NCBI GenBank assembly: GCA_913060495.1
Contig: CAJXRP010000012.1
Location: 4,092 to 68,091, forward strand
DNA: 64,000 nt
Reading direction: 5' to 3'
Origin: an uncultured Gammaproteobacteria bacterium
GTDB lineage: Bacteria > Pseudomonadota > Gammaproteobacteria > Pseudomonadales > Pseudohongiellaceae
Both the position numbers and the translations under genes were made by a program. Below are positions 17,585 to 27,475 of this stretch, piece by piece (within the stretch, counting starts at the first letter, position 1; every line of letters starts with the position of its first letter). The notes beneath the pieces were generated by a model. That model was not told the origin of the DNA and made no database searches. It saw only the letters and a list, made by a program, of their open reading frames with translations.

Positions 17585-18469
17585 CTAGTCGGAGAAGCTG
17601 CCATAGCTCTTCGGGTGAGCTAGTAGCCATTCGACGACCTGCTCTGCGAATGTGTCTGAGAAAGACGGTACGTGCGGACCATCTGCAATAGTCCATAACT
17701 CGCTAGAGCCACCGGCCTTGCATCCTTGATTGAACACCATCACCGAGGATTCATGTCCCTCTAGGTTTTCAACTAAGTCACGTAGTTCACGTTCGGCTGC
17801 TTGAGCCTCACAGCCGTTATATTCGGCCCACTGAGTAACAGTGTCTTTTGCGCTAGGGTAAACGTTGCCGCCAATATCGGCGCCATCGTAGGCTATTGTG
17901 CCATCATTGGTGCCATGAATTTGCAGGATGTGAACTGGATTTTCTGGAGCAGGGCGCATGTCCGCATGGGTAGCACCGGCGAGACTTGCAACTGCTGCGA
18001 TAGTATCGGAGTGATCGTATGCCGCACGGTATGACATGAAGCCACCATTAGAGTGACCTATCAAATAAACGCGATTTGGATCCACATTGAAGTCGGCTTT
18101 TACTTCTTTGATGATGTTAAGTACGTAGGCAGAATCATCAACGTCGGATTGGTAAAAGTTGCAGCACGCGGAAGAAGCATTCCAGAAGCGATTTTCATCT
18201 CCTCCTGCTTCCTTGTCTCCATCGGGAGAGACCAATAGGAAGCCATAGGTGTCGGCAATGGCGCTGAAGCCCATATAGCTGTCCTGACCTGCGCCGCTAG
18301 ATGTGTAGCCGTGAAGGAGGACTATTAGTGGTGCTGGTGTGCCAGCATCATAGTTGGCAGGCACGGTTACGGGAAGCTCGCCGCGGCCTAGGTCGATGGA
18401 TTGCGCTCCCACACTTGCCGAAAATAAGACAAGGACAGTGGCTGTAAGGAGTGTTCGTAGTTTATGCAT
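17585..18469 (-). CDS. secreted esterase, PHB-depolymerase/CE1-like alpha/beta hydrolase
   Basis: Signal peptide MHKLRTLLTATVLVLFSASVGAQS. Has PLIVLLHGYTSSG and the nucleophile motif LIGHSNGGFMS. Confidence 0.85.
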   Translation of the reverse strand: MHKLRTLLTATVLVLFSASVGAQSIDLGRGELPVTVPANYDAGTPAPLIVLLHGYTSSGAGQDSYMGFSAIADTYGFLLVSPDGDKEAGGDENRFWNASSACCNFYQSDVDDSAYVLNIIKEVKADFNVDPNRVYLIGHSNGGFMSYRAAYDHSDTIAAVASLAGATHADMRPAPENPVHILQIHGTNDGTIAYDGADIGGNVYPSAKDTVTQWAEYNGCEAQAAERELRDLVENLEGHESSVMVFNQGCKAGGSSELWTIADGPHVPSFSDTFAEQVVEWLLAHPKSYGSFSD

Positions 18470-18547
18470 TATGTATACCTTTGGTTTTTACTCTGGTTTT
18501 CTAAAATTGGTTGTTGAATAGTAGGTGTTGCATCAATTGTACTAGGC

Positions 18548-19516
18548 TTAGGGTGTAAGAATTATCTTGCCGGTAGTCTTGCGACCCTCCAAGGCCTGAT
18601 GAGCCTCCTGCGCGTCTGCTAGCGGGAAAAAATGCTCGAGTCGCAGCTTTAATTTTCCTTCGTCAATCCATTTAAAGACATCGCCGCTGCGCCATTCGAG
18701 GCTCTCTCGGTCGGCGGTGTAATCGAATAGCGTCGGTCGGGTTAGAAACAGTGAGCCCTTCGGGCCCAGCGTCGCTGGATTGAATTCCGTTACCGGCCCG
18801 CTGGCGTTGCCGTAAAGTACCATGTAGCCAAACCGCTGCAAACACTCGATGCTCTTGTCGAAGGTGGTTTTACCTACAGAATCATAGACCACATTCACCC
18901 CTGCGCCGTCGGTAATGCGCTTCACCTCAGTCTCGAAATCGGTCTCGGAGTACAGAATGACTTCATCTGCACCTGCTTGCCGTGCAAGCTCGGCTTTCTC
19001 TTCCGTCGATACCGTGCCTATGACGTAGGCGCCGGCATTCTTCGCCATTTGAATCAGAATTAGACCCACGCCACCTGCTGCGGCATGAATCAGGCAGCTA
19101 TCGCCATTTTTAATGGGGTAGGTGGATTGCGAAAGATAATGCGCGGTACAGCCCTGCAGCATGGCTGCAGCACCTTCGTTAAATGAAACGCCGTCCGGTA
19201 TTGTGACCACCTTATCCTGATCGACTGCCGAATATTCTGCATAGGCACCGAGTACATTTGTATAGGCGACTCTGTCCCCGATTTTGAAACGACTAACATC
19301 ACTGCCTACTGCTTCGACGGTACCGCTGGCCTCTAGTCCTAGTGTTGCAGGCAGCGGGATCTGGTAGAGACCAGAGCGTTGATAGGTGTCTATATAGTTT
19401 ATGCCAGCAGCTTCAACCTTGATCAATACCTCGGTGGCAGTCGGCTGCGGCTGGTCCGTGTCTTCGTAGCTCATGACCTCAGGGCCGCCGTGTTCTTTAA
19501 TTCTTACCGCTTTCAT
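18548..19516 (-). CDS. qor: NADPH:quinone oxidoreductase (zeta-crystallin/MDR family)
   Basis: 322 aa. N-terminus MKAVRIKEHGGPEVM, cofactor motif AAAGGVGLILIQMAKNAGAYVIGTVS, C-terminus GKTTGKIIL. Confidence 0.9.
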   Translation of the reverse strand: MKAVRIKEHGGPEVMSYEDTDQPQPTATEVLIKVEAAGINYIDTYQRSGLYQIPLPATLGLEASGTVEAVGSDVSRFKIGDRVAYTNVLGAYAEYSAVDQDKVVTIPDGVSFNEGAAAMLQGCTAHYLSQSTYPIKNGDSCLIHAAAGGVGLILIQMAKNAGAYVIGTVSTEEKAELARQAGADEVILYSETDFETEVKRITDGAGVNVVYDSVGKTTFDKSIECLQRFGYMVLYGNASGPVTEFNPATLGPKGSLFLTRPTLFDYTADRESLEWRSGDVFKWIDEGKLKLRLEHFFPLADAQEAHQALEGRKTTGKIILTP

Positions 19517-19663
19517 GGCTTGTCTCTCTTACCTAGAAGGGTCTTTATCGCAGATATTAGCTGTGCTGACAATTCCTGTGTTGCTGCCTCTGCAACTAGT
19601 GACTGGACGGGTGTTGGTTGCAGGTTTATTCTGTGGAGCAGAAACCATTGCCTCATTAAAGAC

Positions 19664-19700
19664 TAAGAACTCAAAATATAAGAACTCAAAATATAAGAAC
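19664..19700 (+). repeat. 15-bp tandem repeat, 2.5 copies (TAAGAACTCAAAATA)
   Basis: Copies at 19664-19678 and 19679-19693, plus a partial copy at 19694-19700. It lies directly upstream of the SD and ATG of the sugar dehydrogenase gene. Confidence 0.85.
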
Positions 19701-19713
19701 AATAGGATTGGCT

Positions 19714-20919
19714 ATGAATAGAAGGATGAAGTTTTCGACAGCGCTACTCGCGATTTCTCTGGGCTGCAGCACATTAATTTTTGCACAAGATGCATTCGTT
19801 GCACCGCCTTCTATTACTGAGCCTGTCGTGTTGCCAAGCTTCGAGGTGGGGCAGATTAAAGTTGTGCCCATTGCCACTGGACTCGCGAATCCCTGGGCTA
19901 TGGCGTTTCGTGACAACGGCGACATTCTAGTTACGGAGCGCTACACAGGTAAGCTGCGTGTGATTCGCGATGGCAAACTGCTTGAGCGAGATATCCCCGG
20001 CGTACCCGAAGTTTATTCCGCTGTGTTTCGTGCAGGGCTTATGGCGGTCGCGGTGCATCCCGACGATGACCAGATCGTCTATATGACTTTTACCAAGGCC
20101 ATCATGCACGAGGGCGAACCGAATCAGGCGGTGAGTTTGGTGCGGGGCAGATTGGTTGAAGACAACCTTGAGAACGTGGAAGAGATTTTTGTAGCGAAGG
20201 GCGTCGACAGTGGTATCGCTGCTTCGGCTCTAATGTTTGCACCTGACGGCAAGTTAATGATGTCGGTAGGAGGCTCCTATGTTTTCCTTGGCACTGGGGA
20301 GTATGCCCAAGATCCAGCGGTGCACTATGGCAAGATGCTGCGCCTGAATGCAGATGGAACGGCTCCCGATGATAATCCCTTTGTCGAATCTGGCGAATTT
20401 TTGCCGGAAGTCTATTCAGTGGGTCATCGTAATCAGTTGGGTATCGCGCTGCATCCAGAGACAGGTCAGCTGTGGGCGAGCGAGAATGGTCCGCAGGGTG
20501 GTGATGAGGCGAATATCATTGTGCCGGGCAAGAACTACGGCTGGCCGTTAGCTTCCTATAGCCGAAATTACCGCGGCAATTGGGTGACGCAGACTCCGTG
20601 GCGAGAAGAGTTCGAGAGCCCGACAGTTGTGTGGTGGCCTTCCATAGCGCCTTCGGCTCTAACTTTCTATACGGGAGAGCATTTTCCGAAATGGCAGGGT
20701 AATCTCTTTGTTGGCGCGATGATGGAGGGGCGTATTCCTGGCACCGGTCATTTGCAGCGAATTGTCTTCAATAGTAGAGGAGAAGAGATCCGCCGCGAAA
20801 GCATGCTAACGGAGCTTAAGCACCGTGTAAGGGATGTTATGCAAGGGCCCGATGGTTATCTCTACATCCTCACAGATGAAGAAGACGGCGCATTGCTTCG
20901 TATTGAGCCTGTGAACTAG
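19714..20919 (+). CDS. PQQ-dependent soluble sugar (aldose/sorbosone) dehydrogenase, YliI-like
   Basis: Signal peptide MNRRMKFSTALLAISLGCSTLIFAQ. Has GHRNQLGIALHPETGQLWASENGPQGGDEANII.PGKNYGWP. ATG 19714 with AGGA SD. Confidence 0.9.
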   Translation: MNRRMKFSTALLAISLGCSTLIFAQDAFVAPPSITEPVVLPSFEVGQIKVVPIATGLANPWAMAFRDNGDILVTERYTGKLRVIRDGKLLERDIPGVPEVYSAVFRAGLMAVAVHPDDDQIVYMTFTKAIMHEGEPNQAVSLVRGRLVEDNLENVEEIFVAKGVDSGIAASALMFAPDGKLMMSVGGSYVFLGTGEYAQDPAVHYGKMLRLNADGTAPDDNPFVESGEFLPEVYSVGHRNQLGIALHPETGQLWASENGPQGGDEANIIVPGKNYGWPLASYSRNYRGNWVTQTPWREEFESPTVVWWPSIAPSALTFYTGEHFPKWQGNLFVGAMMEGRIPGTGHLQRIVFNSRGEEIRRESMLTELKHRVRDVMQGPDGYLYILTDEEDGALLRIEPVN

Positions 20920-21085
20920 CAGGCTCGCTAATTTCCAAAATTCAGTAACTTTCCTGCCGTTTGTCTTTGCGGTTCGGGATATAATTTTTTACTTATCGGC
21001 CTAGCAGCTAGCCAGTAAATTCCTTTTCTAGTTGTAGCTTGTGACTGGTGTGGCGCCTCAAAATTAGATTAGAAGCCAAAATTTG

Positions 21086-22645
21086 TCACGGCCGCGGCGT
21101 GCGTGCCTTAGGTCCGAGTTGGCTGGGCAATAATTCGTAGGCTAGCTCTGCCCATTCACAAAGCATCGATCGCGTGTCTCTGGGGTCTATGATTTCTTCT
21201 ATACCGAATGCTTCTGCTGTCCTAAAGGGAGAGCGGTACTTCTCTAACATGCCCTCTAATTCGCGCCGCCGTGCATCTGGGTCCTCTGCGGCTTCGATGT
21301 CGCGCCGGTAGGCGGCCTGCACTCCACCCTCAATAGGTAATGAGCCCCAGTCTGCGGACGGCCATGCATAGCGTAAGTTAAGTCGATCTGCATTGCCGTG
21401 TCCGGCGCCAGCGACACCATAGCAACGTCGAGTGATTACGGAAACCCAAGGGACAGAAGCTTGGTAGCAGGCCATCAGGGCACGACTACCGATGCGTACC
21501 GTGCCTTCCTCTTCAGCCTGTCGGCCAATCAGAAATCCAGGATTGTCCACTAGGTTTAGTATGGGGATGTGAAAGGTGTCGCACAGATCAACGAATCTCA
21601 TCATCTTCTCTGACGCCGTCGCATTTACCGCGCCACCATGGTGATGGGTGTCGTTCGCCATGATGCCTATCGAATAGCCGTTCAGACGTGCGAGTCCAAC
21701 CACTAGCGATTCGCCATAATTCGGATTTATCTCGAAGAATGTATCCAGGTCAACTACGGCGTTGATGATCTCTCTTACTTGGTACATCTGGCGCCTATCC
21801 CTAGGGATGACAGAGAGTAAGGATTCATCTCTGCGCTCGACCGGATCTGTGTTCGCAATTCTAGGAGGCACCTGCCAAACATTCTGCGGCAGATAAGAGA
21901 GGAAGCGAGAGATTGTCTCAAAAGCCTCCTGTTCTGTTTCTACTTCGTTGTCTACGGCTCCGCTGCCGTGGGTATGGATATCTGAACCACCTAGCTCATT
22001 CTTCTCTATGGGCTTGCCGAAACCGCGCTCGACCACGGGCGGGCCGGCTACAAAGAGCTGGCTGGTGTCTTTTATCATCAGGGAGAAGTGAGAGATAGTG
22101 GTGCGAACGGCGCCGAGTCCGGCTACTGAGCCCATGCATGCGCAGACGACAGGAACGTGTCCCATCAGCCGCATTGTAGTCTCAAATCCATGCAGGGTAG
22201 GGACGTAGGAATGACCTACCATCTCTAGCGTCTTTACCGAGCCGCCACCACCACTGCCGTCTATTAGTCTAACCAAAGGTAGGCGCATCTCAAGAGCATA
22301 GCGTTCGCCGTAGCCGGACTTGTCGCCAATCTTCGCATCGGCTGCGCCACCGCGTACAGTGAAGTCATCTCCGCCGATAACGACTCGTCTGCCGTTAATT
22401 TTTGCCGTACCTAGAACGAAATTTGAAGGTGTAAAATCATCCAGTTGGCCATCGTCGTTGTAACTTGCCTGTCCTGCCAGCGCTCCTATCTCATGGAAGG
22501 TGTTTGCGTCGGCGAGAGCATCGATACGCTCCCGTACAGTGAGTCGTCCGTTGTCATGTTGGCGCTGAATGCGCTCTTCTCCGCCCATGGCGGCAGCCAA
22601 CTGTTCGCGCCGTCTTAATTCATCTACTTCTTCTTGCCAGCTCAT
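21086..22645 (-). CDS. acyl-CoA carboxylase carboxyltransferase (beta) subunit
   Basis: 519 aa with a carboxyl_trans domain: ..GKLTVRERIDAL.., GGDDFTVRGGA, MGSVAGLGA, ANDTHHHGGA. Confidence 0.9.
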   Translation of the reverse strand: MSWQEEVDELRRREQLAAAMGGEERIQRQHDNGRLTVRERIDALADANTFHEIGALAGQASYNDDGQLDDFTPSNFVLGTAKINGRRVVIGGDDFTVRGGAADAKIGDKSGYGERYALEMRLPLVRLIDGSGGGGSVKTLEMVGHSYVPTLHGFETTMRLMGHVPVVCACMGSVAGLGAVRTTISHFSLMIKDTSQLFVAGPPVVERGFGKPIEKNELGGSDIHTHGSGAVDNEVETEQEAFETISRFLSYLPQNVWQVPPRIANTDPVERRDESLLSVIPRDRRQMYQVREIINAVVDLDTFFEINPNYGESLVVGLARLNGYSIGIMANDTHHHGGAVNATASEKMMRFVDLCDTFHIPILNLVDNPGFLIGRQAEEEGTVRIGSRALMACYQASVPWVSVITRRCYGVAGAGHGNADRLNLRYAWPSADWGSLPIEGGVQAAYRRDIEAAEDPDARRRELEGMLEKYRSPFRTAEAFGIEEIIDPRDTRSMLCEWAELAYELLPSQLGPKARTPRP

Positions 22646-22888
22646 GTGCTCTCCCTGTTGCTGCGCTAAGTTAGTTTAATCGAAGAGCGGGTGCAAGCCA
22701 GCATTGCTTGGCCCAAGGTGATGCAGGTATTCCTGTAGGCATTGTCATCAGTTAGGGCTCTAGAAGGCAGCTAGAATCGTGGCTATTTTTGCTGATGGGC
22801 AAGAGGGTGTCTGTAGTTACCGTAAGTAATTGAAAGGACAGTTCGCTCGAGAGGTAGTAGAATACAAAAAAAATCAGGAGTAGCTAGT

Positions 22889-23047
22889 ATGAATGAAATA
22901 TCAGGTAACGAGAAAGAAAACGAAGTGACTCCGGCTGCGAATTCGGAAGAAGCTAAAAAAGTGCCAGATCTGATGGATGCGATCAGTCGTCTGCGGAAGA
23001 GAAAAGTGGATGATGATGCAGAAGAAGGCGAGGAGCCAGCCGAGTAG
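22889..23047 (+). CDS. small acidic hypothetical protein (52 aa), below the ORF-track cutoff
   Basis: ATG 22889 with AGGAG 8 nt upstream. Translation: MNEISGNEKENEVTPAANSEEAKKVPDLMDAISRLRKRKVDDDAEEGEEPAE. No family recognised. Confidence 0.45.
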   Translation: MNEISGNEKENEVTPAANSEEAKKVPDLMDAISRLRKRKVDDDAEEGEEPAE

Positions 23048-23196
23048 ATCTTCTAGGCCTCGTGCCTTTGTAATTTTCCTATGCTAGTCTCGATGCGCTG
23101 CTGTGTATCGAAGGCAGGGTGGCACTAGTGAGGAGTAGAATGCTTGCTAGCTCCTTTTGGATTTAGGTGTGCAAGCGTTTCTCTTTCAATATTAAT

Positions 23197-24072
23197 TTAC
23201 TTTGTGTTCTTGCTTCCTCCAAAGAATGGCACGAGGGAGGGAGTGCTAGCCACGTATTGTTGATAAGCCGGATCCTCTCCCCAGCGCTTCTTGCCACTTT
23301 CCTCTAGAAGTTTTACCCCGCTCACCTTGATCAGTAAGAACGTTACGAAGATCGGAGATATTAGCGTGACATACTGCCAACCTACTAGAGTAGGCAGTGC
23401 GACTACGGCAATTCCTAGCCACAGCACAATTTCGCCGAAATAGTTTGGATGGCGGGAAATAGACCACAAGCCTATTGTTATGAATTTACCTTTATTCTCA
23501 GGATTTTTGCGAAAATTGCTTTTCTGACGATCGGCTACCACCTCTATGCCAAAACCCAGTATCCACAGTGCAACGCCAGCGTAGAAAAAACCATCTAAGG
23601 CGACTTGATTGGCGGAAGTAATGACGGCGAGTCCCGCCGCCATAGTAATGAACACCCAAGCGCCACCGAGCGTCCATGTAAACAGATAGCGAAAGAATTT
23701 GGTCTTTATCTCATCGAAGCGTCTGTCCTTTCCATCTCGCTTAACACGCAGGAATAGGAAGCTGCCAAGTCTTATTGCCCAGACCGCAATAAGTACGCAA
23801 ACAACCAAGCTGCGCGCATCCATATCGGGATGAAATAAATAGGCGACGACAATTGTCGAGATATAGGAGATGGACCCGGTAAGATCGAAGTAGTGTTCTG
23901 TCCTAAGGAAGAATGAAGGGACAAAAACTATCCAGTGCAGCACGAAGCCCACGCTTGCACAGATCAAAAATAGCGGTAAACCATTAGTGTCTAAGCTGCC
24001 CTGACCGCCTGCCAGTGCAATTCCGCTGCTGATAGCTAGTATTACCAGTATGCCAATAAGTGGTTTAATCAT
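23197..24072 (-). CDS. DUF1295 / steroid-5-alpha-reductase-like membrane protein
   Basis: 291 aa, polytopic. Has the characteristic GLWSISRHPNYFGEIVLW motif. Confidence 0.85.
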   Translation of the reverse strand: MIKPLIGILVILAISSGIALAGGQGSLDTNGLPLFLICASVGFVLHWIVFVPSFFLRTEHYFDLTGSISYISTIVVAYLFHPDMDARSLVVCVLIAVWAIRLGSFLFLRVKRDGKDRRFDEIKTKFFRYLFTWTLGGAWVFITMAAGLAVITSANQVALDGFFYAGVALWILGFGIEVVADRQKSNFRKNPENKGKFITIGLWSISRHPNYFGEIVLWLGIAVVALPTLVGWQYVTLISPIFVTFLLIKVSGVKLLEESGKKRWGEDPAYQQYVASTPSLVPFFGGSKNTK

Positions 24073-24275
24073 GGGCGAAGTTCCTGACCTCTCGGTTTTT
24101 CGGGTCTTTTTATAGTTTTTATTGAGTTTGTCGCCTTCTACGCTTGAATTATAGGCATTGGATCACTAGAGACACAATCCTATCCCTCTAGCCGGTGCTT
24201 GGCAGTTAGCCATGCATTGACTATTATCACCCAGTCGTTCTCTTTACGAAAATAATAACATCAGGCCTATTGTCT

Positions 24276-25274
24276 ATGTCTACCCCTGCACCTATCCGGC
24301 TGATCGAGTACGCAATAGCGCGATTTAGTTATCCGGTTTCCACTGTGGGAGCGATTATTGCTATTCCGCTACTAATCCTGTTTGTGATTTCCGGTGGTTT
24401 TGAGCCAATGCCAGAATATCCTTTGTGGAATAGGCCGATGGAGATTATAGGTGTTGTTCTTCTGCTTACTATACTGCCAGCGGGTTTGTTGATGTGGTTT
24501 ACCGCTTGGGTGCGATCTAGTGAGCTGCTATTTGTCGATATTCGCAGCCAGGTGGATGCCCATGCTGAGTTTGATGAGGAGCGTTACAAATTCGGTAGAT
24601 ATTGGCCAATTGCTGTGGTTTTGGGTGTAGCCTTTGCTTTCTATGGAAGTGTCGATGCGGATTTTTTAACTATGGATCCAGACTCTGAAATTTATTTGAC
24701 GACACTGGCGCTAGCCCTTGGCCAAATATTTATGTGGGCAATAATCGCCATCGCACTCTTTTTTATTTTTCAGGATGATTGGCTTTTCTACCAATATGGA
24801 AGATTAGTCCGCGTAAATATCTATGATCTGGACAAGCTAAATGCATTTGGCAGAGCTGTGCTTAGCCAATTCTTGATGGTGGTGGGGGCGCTAGCGTTGA
24901 CTACACTACAGTCTCTGGATAGGCAGTTTCAATGGGATAGCTACATTTATGGGCTTTATGTTGGCATACCCTCTGCGATAATTATCGTGCTTCTTCCGAC
25001 TTGGACTATTCGGCAAAATATTCGCAAGGAAAAGGCGTTAGCTCTGGAATCTATCAACACCGAAATCCAGCTCTCTTCGACAGGATTAGACAATGAATCA
25101 CTGTTGAGATTGAATAGTTTGATAGCACGGCGAGAGCAGGTGCAACATACGCGAACCTGGCCGATGGACATCTCAATATTTTCGCGATTTCTTTTTTATG
25201 TTTTTATTCCGCCGCTCGCATGGCTTGGAGCGGCGTTGGTGGAAGTGATGCTAGATTCCTTTCTGGCGGGATAA
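24276..25274 (+). CDS. hypothetical integral membrane protein
   Basis: About 332 aa with several TM helices. Starts at ATG 24276 (or TTG 24270). No family recognised. Confidence 0.6.
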   Translation: MSTPAPIRLIEYAIARFSYPVSTVGAIIAIPLLILFVISGGFEPMPEYPLWNRPMEIIGVVLLLTILPAGLLMWFTAWVRSSELLFVDIRSQVDAHAEFDEERYKFGRYWPIAVVLGVAFAFYGSVDADFLTMDPDSEIYLTTLALALGQIFMWAIIAIALFFIFQDDWLFYQYGRLVRVNIYDLDKLNAFGRAVLSQFLMVVGALALTTLQSLDRQFQWDSYIYGLYVGIPSAIIIVLLPTWTIRQNIRKEKALALESINTEIQLSSTGLDNESLLRLNSLIARREQVQHTRTWPMDISIFSRFLFYVFIPPLAWLGAALVEVMLDSFLAG

Positions 25275-25298
25275 ATTCTCTAGCTGTTTAGTCCAGCG

Positions 25299-26168
25299 TT
25301 AATCGTTGATGCTGGATCCCATCTTCTTTCGCTTCACTGGAATATCCACGAATTCTGCAGGACGTTTTTCTGCCGCGGCTGTCATCGCCTCCATGATTTC
25401 CGCATTCTGTAACATGCTGGCATTCCATATGCCGATGTAGTCGAGGCTGTCTGCCGTACTGTGGTCCCGAGAGTAGTTGATGATGCGCTTGCTTCCATAG
25501 ATCGCTAGAGGCGCTTTGCTGGCTATCTGCTGCGCTATCTTCATCACTCCGGCTAACAATGCTTCTTGGTCTGGAAATATATCGTTGACGAAACCCAGTG
25601 ACTTCGCTTCATCTGCAAGCATTCGACGTCCAGTATAGGCGAGTTCCTTGACCACACCCTCTGGCAATAGCTTGGTTATGCGCGGGAAGGTTCCGACGTC
25701 GGCGGTCATACCAATATTGATTTCGAAGATGGTGAGAAAGCTTTCGGCAGTCATATAGCGCATATCGCAGGCGGTAATTAGATCTACGCCGCCACCGATG
25801 ACACCACCTTGAATGGCGGCGAGTACTGGAACTCTGCATTCTTCAAGACAGGTGAATGCCTGTTGCAAGTAATCGACTGTGTCGTAAAGCTTCGCTCCAT
25901 GGGTGCGCCGTTGTTTCTCAGCGACTTGTGGGTCATCGCTTTGCTGTGCGTTGTTGCTAAATACGGCGGTATCGATGCCGGCGGTAAAATGAGGGCCCGT
26001 AGAAGACAGGACGATGACACGCGCCTGCGCATTTTCATCCAGCTCTTTGATGATCGCGGGTAATTCGTCCCAGAATTCAGGGATCATGCTGTTTCTTTTT
26101 TCGGGGCGATTTAGAACTATGTGGGCGATCTTGTTCTCAACGGAAACTTCAAAACACTTATAACTCAC
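25299..26168 (-). CDS. enoyl-CoA hydratase/isomerase (crotonase) family, dienoyl-CoA-isomerase-like
   Basis: Has NRPEKRNSM, FTAGID, and an AAIQGGVIGGGVDLITACDMRY oxyanion-hole region. Confidence 0.9.
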   Translation of the reverse strand: MSYKCFEVSVENKIAHIVLNRPEKRNSMIPEFWDELPAIIKELDENAQARVIVLSSTGPHFTAGIDTAVFSNNAQQSDDPQVAEKQRRTHGAKLYDTVDYLQQAFTCLEECRVPVLAAIQGGVIGGGVDLITACDMRYMTAESFLTIFEINIGMTADVGTFPRITKLLPEGVVKELAYTGRRMLADEAKSLGFVNDIFPDQEALLAGVMKIAQQIASKAPLAIYGSKRIINYSRDHSTADSLDYIGIWNASMLQNAEIMEAMTAAAEKRPAEFVDIPVKRKKMGSSIND

Positions 26169-26190
26169 AGCTTAACTCCAACAATAATTT

Positions 26191-26835
26191 CTAGTTTGTG
26201 CGGCAATGGAAATCAATAGTATCAGTGCCTGCGCTAATATTCTGTACCGGTGATCCCCAGGATGTCATTCCGGCATTGGCGAGTCGCCGTCGTCTATCCT
26301 TCATGTAGGCACGAAATAGGGGTAGGGATGTTTCATCCAGGAAAGCTTCGATGTCAAACAACACGACACTGTAGTACTTCGCGATGAAAGTCTGGGTAAG
26401 CTGTTCCCGTGCCTTGTAGGCGGCTATCCCATCGGCAATTCGCGCTTCACCGTAAGCAGTCGATTCATCCCAGGCCGCGCACATGGCGCGCACGTTGGCC
26501 ATTTCGCTACCATTGATGAAGCCGCGGGCATTGGAAAGGGTGATGAATAACTCTTGTAGCTGATTGTCGTTGAGGCCGATGCGGGATTTCGTGTTCGCCG
26601 GCTCAGAGTTTATTTCTTGCATCAATCTATTTAATACCGCCCTGTCGATTTGTTCTGCGGAGAGGGTCTGCGTGAGCACGGTCAGCTCTCTTGGCTCAGG
26701 ATTTCGATATTCCTGTTTCGCTCTGTTGGTATCGAGTTTCGAGAGATCAGCTACGGGCAGAGGATCGGATTGACCGAGACTCGCAGAGGCAAGCAGACTA
26801 AACAGAGCTAAGGTAATCAGGCGGGGAAGTGGCAT
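26191..26835 (-). CDS. secreted hypothetical protein
   Basis: 214 aa. Signal peptide MPLPRLITLALFSLLASASLGQS. No family recognised. Confidence 0.6.
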   Translation of the reverse strand: MPLPRLITLALFSLLASASLGQSDPLPVADLSKLDTNRAKQEYRNPEPRELTVLTQTLSAEQIDRAVLNRLMQEINSEPANTKSRIGLNDNQLQELFITLSNARGFINGSEMANVRAMCAAWDESTAYGEARIADGIAAYKAREQLTQTFIAKYYSVVLFDIEAFLDETSLPLFRAYMKDRRRRLANAGMTSWGSPVQNISAGTDTIDFHCRTN

Positions 26836-27016
26836 TGGAGATATCTTCTGGCGATAGACTCAAGGATATGGCGTTAGAGTACTTTCTTTTTTGCGGCCTC
26901 GCTAGGCTTGGGATCAGTTTACCCTCCAGAGCACTGTTGACCAGTGCAGAAGATAGAGAGAAGATGAAATAGGATTGTTCGGAAGAAGAAAAACAACAAG
27001 GCGATGGGGGACTGAG

Positions 27017-27403
27017 ATGGGTGAACTTACAACGGGTGTGAACTGGTTGGCTGTCGGTGTCGGTACATTATTTAGCTTTGGCCTGGGTGGGCTGTGGTAC
27101 TCCCCAGTCCTGTTTGGCGTGAAGTGGGCAGATGGAGTAGGCCTGGAAATTGAAAAGGATGCCAGGCAGCCAGTTCCAGCTCTGATAATGCAGTTGGTTG
27201 GTACAGTGCTATTCGGGTGGCTTGTCGGAATTTCAGCGGCCAATGAAGCGTTGTTGTTGGCAGTATTGATTGCGATAACATTGAGTGTGATGCTCATCGC
27301 CGCCGGTCTATTCGGTGGAAATAGCCGTTATGCGGCCGTGGTTGAAGGCGCCTTCGTCATCGCGATGTTTTCGATCATGCTGATTTGCCATGCCATTCTG
27401 TAG
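27017..27403 (+). CDS. DUF1761-like small membrane protein
   Basis: MGELTTGVNWLAVGVGTLFSFGLGGLWYSPVLFGVKW.. with four hydrophobic helices. ATG 27017 with a GGGGGA SD. Confidence 0.7.
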   Translation: MGELTTGVNWLAVGVGTLFSFGLGGLWYSPVLFGVKWADGVGLEIEKDARQPVPALIMQLVGTVLFGWLVGISAANEALLLAVLIAITLSVMLIAAGLFGGNSRYAAVVEGAFVIAMFSIMLICHAIL

Positions 27404-27475
27404 TGCTCAAATGGAGATTCTGGCAAAGCGCCAAGGCGCAGGAAGATCTTCGGCGCCTTAGCCTGTCGACAGATT

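Noticed and set aside
17388-17696. 102-aa minus-strand ORF overlapping the 3' end of the esterase gene by 112 nt.
   Set aside because: The overlap is in another frame of a well-supported gene. The only internal ATG (17630) still overlaps by 46 nt and lacks an SD. No family recognised. A short real gene (..HPEFLAAMDDPWTR) cannot be excluded.
22889-23047. The idea that the small acidic ORF is a Pup/UBact-like tag for the Anbu cluster.
   Set aside because: It has no C-terminal GGQ/GGE or R-x-G-E/Q type terminus (it ends ..EPAE). It lies 30 kb away from the Anbu genes.
26914-27297. 127-aa minus-strand ORF competing with the plus-strand DUF1761-like ORF.
   Set aside because: The plus-strand frame has a recognisable family motif (NWLAVGVG..GGLWYSP) and an SD. 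The minus-strand frame is Pro/Thr/Ser-rich shadow sequence.
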